In this document: piece after piece, positions 56,796 through 64,000 of the stretch
How the letters are laid out: the number at the start of each line of letters is the position of its first letter
Numbering within the stretch: the stretch's first letter is position 1
Assembly (NCBI GenBank): GCA_934167875.1
Contig: CAKPMC010000005.1
Span: forward strand, 882 to 64,881
Reading direction: 5' to 3'
From: an uncultured Bacilli bacterium
GTDB taxonomy: Bacteria > Bacillota_I > Bacilli_A > RF39 > UBA660
Length of the DNA: 64,000 bases
Program-made: the position numbers and the translations under genes
The notes under the pieces: generated by a model
What the model saw: only the letters and a program-made list of their open reading frames with translations
Database searches by the model: none
Told to the model about the DNA's origin: nothing

Positions 56796-56822
56796 AAATA
56801 TCCTAAATTAGGATATTTTTTT
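56796..56822 (+). terminator. Intrinsic terminator downstream of the zinc-ribbon gene
   Basis: AAATATCCTAA / TTAGGATATTT palindrome followed by a T run. Confidence 0.75.
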
Positions 56823-56929
56823 GTGGACAATAATAATTAAAAGTGTTATTATCAAATTACACCCAGTATTTACGGATAAAGATAGACGATTGAAAAATAT
56901 CGTTTTTTTGGCGTTTAAAGGAGGTTAAA

Positions 56930-58969
56930 ATGGAATTAAGTCAAAAAGAAAAGTCATATGAGACTAACCACCTAGATGAAACAATCAAAGTTATTCGTAA
57001 AAAAATATCAGAGTTAGGTCAAGAATTCTATGATAAAGAAGAAAAAATTCAGGAATTCAAAGAACTAATATGGGATTCAAAACATGATATGGATCCAGCT
57101 GAAATGCGTTTTATGATGGCTCAATCTGACGAAGAAGTAATAAGGGTTGAGAAAAAAAGCAAGTATTTTCAGACTTTATTCAGGATTCAGGGTAATCCAT
57201 ACTTTGGAAAAATAATTTTTGAAGATAATATTGATAAAGAGGAAATCTATATTGGCATAACTCACGTTGAAAATGATTTAAAATACTATGTTCATGATTG
57301 GCGAAGTCCCATATGTAGCTTATTTTATGATTATGAAGTAGGCCCAGCTAGTTATAATTCACCAGATGGTATCATAAATGGAGATTTAAAAGTAAAAAGA
57401 CAATATAAAATAGAAAATGGAATTCTAAAAGGAATTTTTGATACTAGCATCAACATTGAAGATGACGTACTGCAACAGGTTCTAGCAGAAGATTCCAATG
57501 ATAAGATGAAGAATATAGTTAATACCATTCAACAAGAACAAAATAAAGTAATTAGAAATGTAGAAGATAAAAATCTTATTGTTCAAGGAATAGCTGGAAG
57601 TGGAAAAACAAGTGTAGCCTTGCATAGAATAGCCTTTCTTCTTTATAAAATTAAAAATCTATCTTCAAAAAATGTTTTAATCTTTTCACCAAACCAGGTC
57701 TTTTCTGAATATATTTCAAATGTACTTCCTGAACTAGGAGAAGATAATACTCTTCAAACAACATTTAATAAATTTATGGAATCAAATATAAAAGAATACC
57801 GCCATGTAGAAGAATTCACCAAGTTTATTGAAAGATTTTATAAAGATAAGACAGTAAATAAGGAACTAATCAAATATAAACAGAGTAATCAAGCAGCCAT
57901 CGATATCAAAAACTATATAGATAATTTAAAAACTGAAATAAAATTTATTGATGATTTAGATACTAGAGATTTTACTTATACCAAAGATGAATTAAATTAC
58001 TTTTTACATGAACGTTATAATCATCTTAAATTTTATGATATTATTCCAATTATAGCCACAAAGATATGTGACACATACTATAATGGTAAAAAAACTAATC
58101 ATAAAAAATTAATATCAGAATTATATAAAAGACTAAATAAAAAGATAAATCTAAAAGAAATATATAAAAATTTTTATTCCAGTAATTATTTTTTAAACAA
58201 TTATCACAAAACTATCACAGCTAGTGAAATAAAATCATTTATTAATAGTAAAGATATCTCATATGAAGATGCTTGTTTATTTATTTACATAAAAGGCTTA
58301 CTACAAGGTTTTAACTATCAAGGGGCAATTAAGCAAGTAGTAATAGATGAAGCCCAAGATTATAATAAACTACAGTATAAAGTAATTAAAAGTATTTTTC
58401 CAACTGCAGGCTTTACTATTCTAGGTGATGTCAACCAAACTATAAATCCATATTATAAATATGAATCATTAAAGGAATTAGAGGAAATTTTTAATGAAGA
58501 TACTAAATTTCTAGAACTAACTAAGACTTACCGTTCTAGCAAAGAGATTATAGAATATACAAATAAAATATTAGGACTTAATTATGTTACTGCAATCCGT
58601 AAAGAAAATCATTTACCAGTATTAATTAAAGAGGAACAAAACTTAAAAGAGGATCTAAATAACGATATTTCTAAGTTAAAGGAAAATTATAAATCAATCG
58701 CTATTATTACTAAAACAGATGAAGAAGCCAGTAAAATATATAATTTATTAACAGATACCAATCCTGAATTAAGTTTATTAGAATCAAATACTGAGAAATT
58801 TAACAGAAATTTGATAGTAGTTCCAGCCTACACTGCTAAAGGATTAGAATTTGACTCTGTTATTATTTATACAGATAAAAATAATAGATATACTAAAGAA
58901 GAAAAACACTTATATTATGTAGCATGTACTAGATGTCAACATCAATTAATAGTTTACAATCAAAATTAA
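56930..58969 (+). CDS. helD: UvrD-like helicase HelD (RNA polymerase recycling motor type)
   Basis: Long N-terminal coiled region, Walker A GIAGSGKTSVALHR, VIDEAQD and C-terminal YVACTRCQHQL. Confidence 0.8.
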   Translation: MELSQKEKSYETNHLDETIKVIRKKISELGQEFYDKEEKIQEFKELIWDSKHDMDPAEMRFMMAQSDEEVIRVEKKSKYFQTLFRIQGNPYFGKIIFEDNIDKEEIYIGITHVENDLKYYVHDWRSPICSLFYDYEVGPASYNSPDGIINGDLKVKRQYKIENGILKGIFDTSINIEDDVLQQVLAEDSNDKMKNIVNTIQQEQNKVIRNVEDKNLIVQGIAGSGKTSVALHRIAFLLYKIKNLSSKNVLIFSPNQVFSEYISNVLPELGEDNTLQTTFNKFMESNIKEYRHVEEFTKFIERFYKDKTVNKELIKYKQSNQAAIDIKNYIDNLKTEIKFIDDLDTRDFTYTKDELNYFLHERYNHLKFYDIIPIIATKICDTYYNGKKTNHKKLISELYKRLNKKINLKEIYKNFYSSNYFLNNYHKTITASEIKSFINSKDISYEDACLFIYIKGLLQGFNYQGAIKQVVIDEAQDYNKLQYKVIKSIFPTAGFTILGDVNQTINPYYKYESLKELEEIFNEDTKFLELTKTYRSSKEIIEYTNKILGLNYVTAIRKENHLPVLIKEEQNLKEDLNNDISKLKENYKSIAIITKTDEEASKIYNLLTDTNPELSLLESNTEKFNRNLIVVPAYTAKGLEFDSVIIYTDKNNRYTKEEKHLYYVACTRCQHQLIVYNQN

Positions 58970-58980
58970 ATAAAATGAAT

Positions 58981-59009
58981 AAAAAGCATTTACAATAATG
59001 CTTTTTTTT
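58981..59009 (+). terminator. Intrinsic terminator downstream of helD
   Basis: AAAAAGCATT-TACAAT-AATGCTTTTT hairpin followed by a T run. Confidence 0.85.
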
Positions 59010-59080
59010 GATATATTACTAACGAGTATTTTAATACTCCTTGCTAGAAATAGCCAAATGACCAAGAGGAGGTGTAGAAA

Positions 59081-59371
59081 ATGAGAAAGTATGAAATTAT
59101 GTTCATCGTAAAACCTGATTTAGAAGAAACTGCTATTAAACAAGTAGCTAACGATATGAAATCAGTATTAGAATCTAATAATGCTAAAGTATTAGAAATA
59201 AAAGAGATGGGACAACGTGACTTAGCTTATGAAATTAATAAGTATAAGACTGGTTATTATTTCTTATTTACTATTGAGACTGAAGATTTAACAGCAACTA
59301 AAGAATTTGATCGTTTATCATTAATCAATGAAAATATTCTTCGTCACTTAATAGTAAGAGTAGAAGACTAA
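59081..59371 (+). CDS. rpsF: 30S ribosomal protein S6
   Basis: MRKYEIMFIVKPDL... is diagnostic. RBS GAGGAGG. Confidence 0.95.
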   Translation: MRKYEIMFIVKPDLEETAIKQVANDMKSVLESNNAKVLEIKEMGQRDLAYEINKYKTGYYFLFTIETEDLTATKEFDRLSLINENILRHLIVRVED

Positions 59372-59384
59372 GAGAGGTAATAAT

Positions 59385-59861
59385 ATGAATAAAGTTATTT
59401 TAATCGGAAGATTAACAAGAGACCCAGAACTAAGATATACTAGTAGTAATATCCCAACAGCATCATTCAGTATTGCTGTTGATAGAACTTTTACTAATCA
59501 AAGTGGAGAAAGAGAAGCTGATTTTATTAACATTGTTGTTTGGAGAAAACAAGCTGAAAATTGTAAAAACTATTTAACTAAAGGTAGCCAAGTAGCAATT
59601 GAAGGACGTATTCAAACAAGAAGTTATGATGGCCAAGATGGACAAAAAAGATATGTAACAGAAGTAGTTGCTGATAATGTTCAATTCTTAGGTTCAAGAT
59701 CTAATGGCGGCACATCAAGTGCACAACCTGCATTTAATGATAATGCTACTCCATATGATTTTGCTTCATCTAAAGAGCCTGCAACTACAGATGTATCAAG
59801 TGATCCATTTGCAGACTTTGGATCTTCCATCGAGATTAGTGATGATGAATTACCATTCTAA
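59385..59861 (+). CDS. ssb: Single-stranded DNA-binding protein
   Basis: OB fold MNKVILIGRLTRDPELRYT and the acidic tip DDELPF. Confidence 0.95.
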   Translation: MNKVILIGRLTRDPELRYTSSNIPTASFSIAVDRTFTNQSGEREADFINIVVWRKQAENCKNYLTKGSQVAIEGRIQTRSYDGQDGQKRYVTEVVADNVQFLGSRSNGGTSSAQPAFNDNATPYDFASSKEPATTDVSSDPFADFGSSIEISDDELPF

Positions 59862-59878
59862 AGAAGGAGGAAAAGTAA

Positions 59879-60094
59879 ATGGCAGAATTTTATAGAAAAA
59901 AGAAAAAAGTATGTTACATGTGTACAGGTAAAGATATCAACTATAAAGATGTAGATACTTTAAAAAAATATATAAATGACAAAGGTAAAATCTTACCTAG
60001 AAGAATTACAGGAGCTTGTGCTAAACATCAAAGACATATAGCAGAACAAATTAAACGTGCTCGTGCAATTGCTTTATTACCTTATACTAAATAA
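59879..60094 (+). CDS. rpsR: 30S ribosomal protein S18
   Basis: 71 aa with the motif [14 protein letters not shown]. The rpsF-ssb-rpsR synteny supports the call. Confidence 0.95.
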   Translation: MAEFYRKKKKVCYMCTGKDINYKDVDTLKKYINDKGKILPRRITGACAKHQRHIAEQIKRARAIALLPYTK

Positions 60095-60139
60095 GATGGC
60101 TAATAGTCGTCTTTTTCTTTTTGAATTATCTATTAAAAA

Positions 60140-60168
60140 ATGACAGATACTTTATTTTGTAGTATAAT
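60140..60168 (+). promoter_or_regulatory. Promoter of the DHH phosphoesterase-rplI-dnaB unit
   Basis: ATGACA, a 17-nt spacer, then TATAAT. Confidence 0.55.
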
Positions 60169-60191
60169 TACCTTATGGATTGGAGAAAATT

Positions 60192-61148
60192 ATGAGATTA
60201 GCAAGTAAAATAAAAAGAGAATTAAAGAGAAGCAAAAATATTTTTGTTATGGCTCATAAAAATCTAGATTTAGATGCTCTTGGCGCATGTATTGGTGTAT
60301 CAGCTATAGCTAGTAATTTTAAGAAACAAAGCTACATAATAGTTGATGATAAGAAACATGAACCAGCTGTTGGTAGAGTATTAAAAGAAATAACTAATAG
60401 TATCAAAATAATATCAAGTAGTGAAATATCTAAATACCATTATAATAAGAGCATACTAGTAATAGTTGATACTAATAAAAGAGAACTCCTTCAAAATAGT
60501 AAAATACTAAAACTATTTAATAAGGTAATTATTTTAGACCATCACCAAGAAACTGATCAAACAATCAAAGAAAGTATTCGTATTATTAATGAAAATGCTT
60601 CTAGTGCCTGTGAAATAGTTACAAATCTTATAGATAAATTCAAAGTAAAGATTAGTGCTCAATTAGCCACTTTTATCCTGGCAGGTATTGTATTAGATAC
60701 TAATAATTTTGTTGTAAAAACGAGTGCCAAAACATATAAAGCAGCCTATTATTTAGCAAGCCAAGGAGCAAATCCTAAAAAAGTTCAATATTTCTTGAAA
60801 CAGGACATTAAAGATTATATAATAAGACAAAAAGTTATTACTGAAGTAAAAGTAATTAATAACAAATATGCTTTGTCAGTAGCTCCAGAGCAATTAAAAT
60901 ATAAGCGTGAAGAATTAGCTAAGATAGCTGATACTTTACTACAATTTAATAAAATAGAAGCATCATTTGTTATTGGTAATCGTATTGATGGTTGTGTTGG
61001 CTTAAGTGCTAGAAGTGATGGAACATTTGATGTTGGTGCCTTAGCTGAAAAACTAGGTGGTGGTGGTGACAAATATGATGCTGCTGCCCAAATTAATGAT
61101 AAATCACTAGAAGAGGTATCCAAAGAATTACTAGAATTATTAGATTAG
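60192..61148 (+). CDS. DHH/DHHA1 phosphoesterase at the gdpP position, catalytic domain only
   Basis: Motifs HKNLDLDALG, VDTN, LDHHQ and DTNNF. The DHHA1 end reads LGGGGDKYDAAAQ. ATG at 60192 lies 6 nt after GGAG. Confidence 0.8.
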   Translation: MRLASKIKRELKRSKNIFVMAHKNLDLDALGACIGVSAIASNFKKQSYIIVDDKKHEPAVGRVLKEITNSIKIISSSEISKYHYNKSILVIVDTNKRELLQNSKILKLFNKVIILDHHQETDQTIKESIRIINENASSACEIVTNLIDKFKVKISAQLATFILAGIVLDTNNFVVKTSAKTYKAAYYLASQGANPKKVQYFLKQDIKDYIIRQKVITEVKVINNKYALSVAPEQLKYKREELAKIADTLLQFNKIEASFVIGNRIDGCVGLSARSDGTFDVGALAEKLGGGGDKYDAAAQINDKSLEEVSKELLELLD

Positions 61149-61158
61149 GAGGAATATT

Positions 61159-61599
61159 ATGAAAGTTATATTTGTAAAAGATCTAAAAAAGCAAGCAAAA
61201 AAAGGTGATATTAAAGAAGTAAAGGATGGTTATGCTCAAAACTTCTTAATAAAAAATGGTTATGCTATTCAAGTAACTGAAAAAAACATGGAAACAGTAA
61301 AAAAAGAAACTGAAGCTAAAAAAGAAGAAGAATTAATATTAACTAAAGAAGCTGAACAACTTAAAAAAGAACTAGAAAAGTTAACATTAGTGTTCAAAGT
61401 AAAAACAGGCGATAAAGATAAAGTATTTGGAAGCATAAGTCCTAAACAAATAAAAGAAGAATTATTAAAAAAAGGATATAAAATAGATAAAAAACAAATA
61501 GAGTTAGTTACCTCACTTCAATCATTAGGTTTTCATAAAGTGGTAATAACTTTATATAAGGAAGTAAAAGCTGAATTAAAAGTTCAATTAGTAAAGTAA
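61159..61599 (+). CDS. rplI: 50S ribosomal protein L9
   Basis: MKVIFVKDLKKQAKKGDIKEVKDGYAQNFLI is diagnostic. Confidence 0.93.
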   Translation: MKVIFVKDLKKQAKKGDIKEVKDGYAQNFLIKNGYAIQVTEKNMETVKKETEAKKEEELILTKEAEQLKKELEKLTLVFKVKTGDKDKVFGSISPKQIKEELLKKGYKIDKKQIELVTSLQSLGFHKVVITLYKEVKAELKVQLVK

Positions 61600-61612
61600 A
61601 GTAGGTGATAAC

Positions 61613-62974
61613 ATGGCAGTAAAAACAATTCCCAACGATATTGTAGCAGAACAATCTGTGTTAGGTGCAATGTTTTTATCTCCATTAGCAATTGAAAAAG
61701 CTACGGATAAACTATTTGCCAAGTCATTTTATCTAGATAAGCATCAAATAATTTTTCAAGCTATTGTAGATTTACACGACAAAAAAGTACCAATAGATAT
61801 AACCACCATTACAGCAGAACTAAATCAAACTAATAAATTAAATGATGTTGGTGGAGTTGAATATTTAACTGAGTTAATAAATATGGTACCAACAGCAGCT
61901 AATGTAGAATACTATATTAAAATAGTAGAAGATAATTATATGCTAAGAAGTGTAATTGATACATCAACAGAAATAGCTACTCTAGCTTACGAACATGATG
62001 GAGAAGTATCTGATATATTAGACCAAGTTGAGAGTAAAATCGTTGGTATCATTAGAAATAGACGTTCATCAGAGTTTAAATCAATTCAAGAAATTTTAAA
62101 TGAAGTTCAAACTAATTTAGAAAAATTAGCTACATCTAAAGGAGAAATAACTGGAATTCCAACAGGATGGTATGAATTAGATAAACTAACATCAGGTCTA
62201 CATGAAAATCAATTAATAATACTAGCAGCTCGTCCAGCCATGGGTAAAACTGCTTTTGCTCTTAATTTAGCTACCTATGTAACTACTCATACTGATAAAA
62301 CAGTAGCTATCTTTTCACTAGAAATGGGTGCTGAACAGTTAGCAGCCCGTATGATTTCTTCACTTGGTCAAATAGAAGGAACTAAATTAACTAGTGGTAA
62401 TATAGTAAATGAAGATTGGAAAAGAATTACAGAAGCTAAAAGCCAACTAGCCGGAGCTAAATTATTTATATCAGACGATGCTGGTGTAACTGTTGGTGAC
62501 ATAAAATCTAAATGTCGTCGTTTAGCAACTGGTGAAAGTGGATTGGATTTAGTAATAATTGACCACTTGCAGTTATTAACTATGGGTGGTAATTATGGAA
62601 ATAATCGTCAAGCTGAAATAACAGATATTTCTAGAAGCTTAAAGAAAATGGCCATGGAATTAAAAGTTCCTGTAATTGCTTTAGCACAGTTATCTCGTGG
62701 CGTTGAACAAAGAGAAGATAAAAGACCTAAGATGAGCGATTTACGTGAATCAGGATCAATTGAACAAGATGCTGATATTGTAGCACTATTATATAGAGAT
62801 GACTATTATCAAACAGCTAAAGAAATAGGCGAAGCCCCTGATCCAAGCCTAAGTGAACTAATAATTGGAAAACATCGTAATGGTCCAACTGGTAAAATAG
62901 ATTTATTATTTAGAAAAAGTACCAGTACTTTCTTAAATTTTATAAAAGATAATAAGGGTGAAAATAATGAATAA
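61613..62974 (+). CDS. dnaB: Replicative DNA helicase (DnaB family; named DnaC in B. subtilis)
   Basis: N-terminal AEQSVLGAMFL, Walker A AARPAMGKTAFALN, and the IIDHLQL and SGSIEQDAD motifs. Confidence 0.96.
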   Translation: MAVKTIPNDIVAEQSVLGAMFLSPLAIEKATDKLFAKSFYLDKHQIIFQAIVDLHDKKVPIDITTITAELNQTNKLNDVGGVEYLTELINMVPTAANVEYYIKIVEDNYMLRSVIDTSTEIATLAYEHDGEVSDILDQVESKIVGIIRNRRSSEFKSIQEILNEVQTNLEKLATSKGEITGIPTGWYELDKLTSGLHENQLIILAARPAMGKTAFALNLATYVTTHTDKTVAIFSLEMGAEQLAARMISSLGQIEGTKLTSGNIVNEDWKRITEAKSQLAGAKLFISDDAGVTVGDIKSKCRRLATGESGLDLVIIDHLQLLTMGGNYGNNRQAEITDISRSLKKMAMELKVPVIALAQLSRGVEQREDKRPKMSDLRESGSIEQDADIVALLYRDDYYQTAKEIGEAPDPSLSELIIGKHRNGPTGKIDLLFRKSTSTFLNFIKDNKGENNE

Positions 62975-64000
62975 GAAACAATTTATAATAACAGTAATTG
63001 CTTTTATAGTATCATGTCTTATTCTATTGATAGGTAGTAATCCCAATACACTTTCAGCTAAAATATTAGGATTCACAGAAAATAGAAATAATCCAAGGCA
63101 GTTATATAGAGTTTATCTTGCAGGAAAATCAATTGGCGTTATAGAATCTAAAAAAGAATTGGAAGACTACATTGATAATAAGCAGCAGTTATTAAAAGAA
63201 AAATATCAAGTAAATAAAGTTTATGCACCCAATGATTTAGACATTGTAAAAGAAATAACTTATAATGAAAAGATATCAACAGTAGAAGAAACCTACAATA
63301 AAATAGAAAAAATAATGGGTGAATCATCATTTACAATTGATGGTTACAGAATAAAAATAAATAGTATTGAAAAAACAACCGAAGATGGAAATATAAAAAC
63401 AGATGATATCACTATTTATGTATTAGATAAAAATATTTTTACTAATTCTGTTAATAGAACTATCACTGCTTTTGTTGATAAAGATACCTATAATAATTAT
63501 ATAAATAATACCCAAGCAGAAATCAAAGAAAATGACACAGGTATGATTATAGAAAATTTATATATAAAAAATAAAATTTCTATAAGCAAGGAGCATATCC
63601 CAGCAGGTGCTAATATTTATCTAAGTGAAGATGAACTAAGCAAGTTTTTACTATTTGGAACAATAGAAGATCAAGAAACTTATATTGTACAAGCTGGAGA
63701 TACAATAGAGGATATATCTAATGCCAATAAATTGTCTACAGAGGAATTTTTAATAGCTAATAATAGTTTAAAATCAGCTCAAGATCTATTATATCCAGGA
63801 CAAGTAGTAAAACTAGGTTTAATTTCACCACAATTTGATTTGGCAGAAGTTCAACATGTTGTATCAAAAGAAGTTAAAAAAATGGAAGTTATTTATAAAG
63901 ATGATAATACACAATATGTTGGAACAGAAAAAGTAGAACAAGATGGTCAAGATGGTTTGGTACTGGTAACTAAAAAAGTTAATTTAGTAAATGGTGAAAT
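62967..64000 (+). CDS. Secreted/anchored protein with LysM and G5 domains (partial; 3' end off the window)
   Basis: Hand translation from ATG at 62967 gives MNKKQFIITVIAFIVSCLILLIG. The LysM segment is YIVQAGDTIEDISNANKLSTEEFLIANNSLKSAQDLLYPGQVVKLG. A G5-like segment follows: TEKVEQDGQDGLVLVTKKVNLVNGE. The start overlaps the dnaB stop by 8 nt. Confidence 0.6.
   Translation, partial: MNKKQFIITVIAFIVSCLILLIGSNPNTLSAKILGFTENRNNPRQLYRVYLAGKSIGVIESKKELEDYIDNKQQLLKEKYQVNKVYAPNDLDIVKEITYNEKISTVEETYNKIEKIMGESSFTIDGYRIKINSIEKTTEDGNIKTDDITIYVLDKNIFTNSVNRTITAFVDKDTYNNYINNTQAEIKENDTGMIIENLYIKNKISISKEHIPAGANIYLSEDELSKFLLFGTIEDQETYIVQAGDTIEDISNANKLSTEEFLIANNSLKSAQDLLYPGQVVKLGLISPQFDLAEVQHVVSKEVKKMEVIYKDDNTQYVGTEKVEQDGQDGLVLVTKKVNLVNGE

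Noticed and set aside
59010-59080. An S6:S18-binding regulatory leader upstream of rpsF
   Set aside because: A hairpin-capable segment (ACGAGTATTTTAATACTCC) exists. I cannot match it to the published rpsF leader consensus from memory, so a covariance-model search is needed.
3542-63330. Twenty-eight short ORFs in the track (60-156 aa) lie antisense to, or out of frame within, well-supported genes. By start coordinate they are 3542, 3779, 9325, 12102, 12489, 14200, 17013, 19063, 28931, 29682, 33656, 34009, 34867 and 35123. The rest start at 36565, 37791, 39331, 39842, 40824, 42688, 44746, 45313, 48737, 51888, 52594, 59704, 60815 and 63148.
   Set aside because: Each is fully or largely embedded in a gene with strong family motifs. 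Their products are low-complexity Ile/Phe/Leu/Ser/Asn-rich strings typical of antisense reading of AT-rich genes. None has a convincing RBS.
1-64000. Mollicutes-type genetic code (TGA read as Trp), considered because of the extreme AT richness
   Set aside because: TGA terminates several well-delimited genes (bofA, veg, yabQ, tadA) at the expected protein lengths. No conserved protein requires read-through of TGA.

Overview
This window covers the replication origin of a very AT-rich Bacillota chromosome with an endospore-former gene set. It uses the standard genetic code, since TGA serves as a stop for bofA, veg, yabQ and tadA. A bipartite oriC flanks dnaA at about 40.8-42.6 kb.

Gene polarity is nearly perfect. 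Everything left of oriC is on the minus strand and everything right of it on the plus strand. The only head-on gene is a GT-C glycosyltransferase at 20.4-21.9 kb.

The left arm is a compacted version of the Bacillus subtilis origin region. In order it carries dnaA, dnaN, a comK-like gene, recF, gyrB and gyrA, then a 0.75 kb gene-free array. It continues with SRP RNA, tadA, dnaX, ybaB, recR, bofA, holB, ricT, a yabB-like methyltransferase, rsmI, pth and mfd. Next come the head-on GT-C gene and three orphan genes, then spoVT, T-box-dut-metG, tatD and a 3D-domain protein. A block of two TasA-like genes, sipW and two membrane proteins follows. The arm ends with rsmA, yabG, veg, spoVG, yabP, yabQ, divIC, tilS, ftsH, dusB, an RDD protein, lysS and a partial membrane protein.

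The right arm begins with rpmH, rnpA, yidC, jag, mnmE, mnmG, rsmG, noc, soj and spo0J. It continues with mscS, DUF951, abgT, ychF, BI-1 and a zinc-ribbon protein. It ends with helD, rpsF, ssb, rpsR, a DHH phosphoesterase, rplI, dnaB and a partial LysM/G5 protein. There are no rRNA or tRNA genes, CRISPR arrays, IS elements or prophage.

The most unusual signal is non-coding and lies downstream of gyrA at 32.53-33.23 kb.
- Five perfect or near-perfect parS palindromes sit in this spacer.
- Four of them are fused at a 0-1 bp gap to a DnaA box.
- Two of those are also followed by a perfect 16-bp Noc-binding site, at an identical 28-bp parS-to-NBS spacing.

Three more identical NBS palindromes occur elsewhere. 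One lies inside the dnaX coding sequence, and two sit where they could act as intrinsic terminators.

Other points worth a second look:
- a (TAA)x6 DnaA-trio-like microsatellite next to a tandem DnaA-box pair just upstream of dnaN;
- a Noc paralog without the N-terminal membrane-targeting helix;
- a Met T-box whose first downstream gene is a dUTPase;
- a SipW/TasA-like secretion module;
- an orphan three-gene operon;
- a minimal SRP RNA;
- a GdpP-position DHH protein that lacks the sensor domains and reads GGGD instead of GGGH;
- a promoter/leader segment shared by dnaA and comK.

All family calls rest on motif recognition by eye. Coordinates of small sites were indexed by hand and may be off by 1-2 nt. 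No database search was run.
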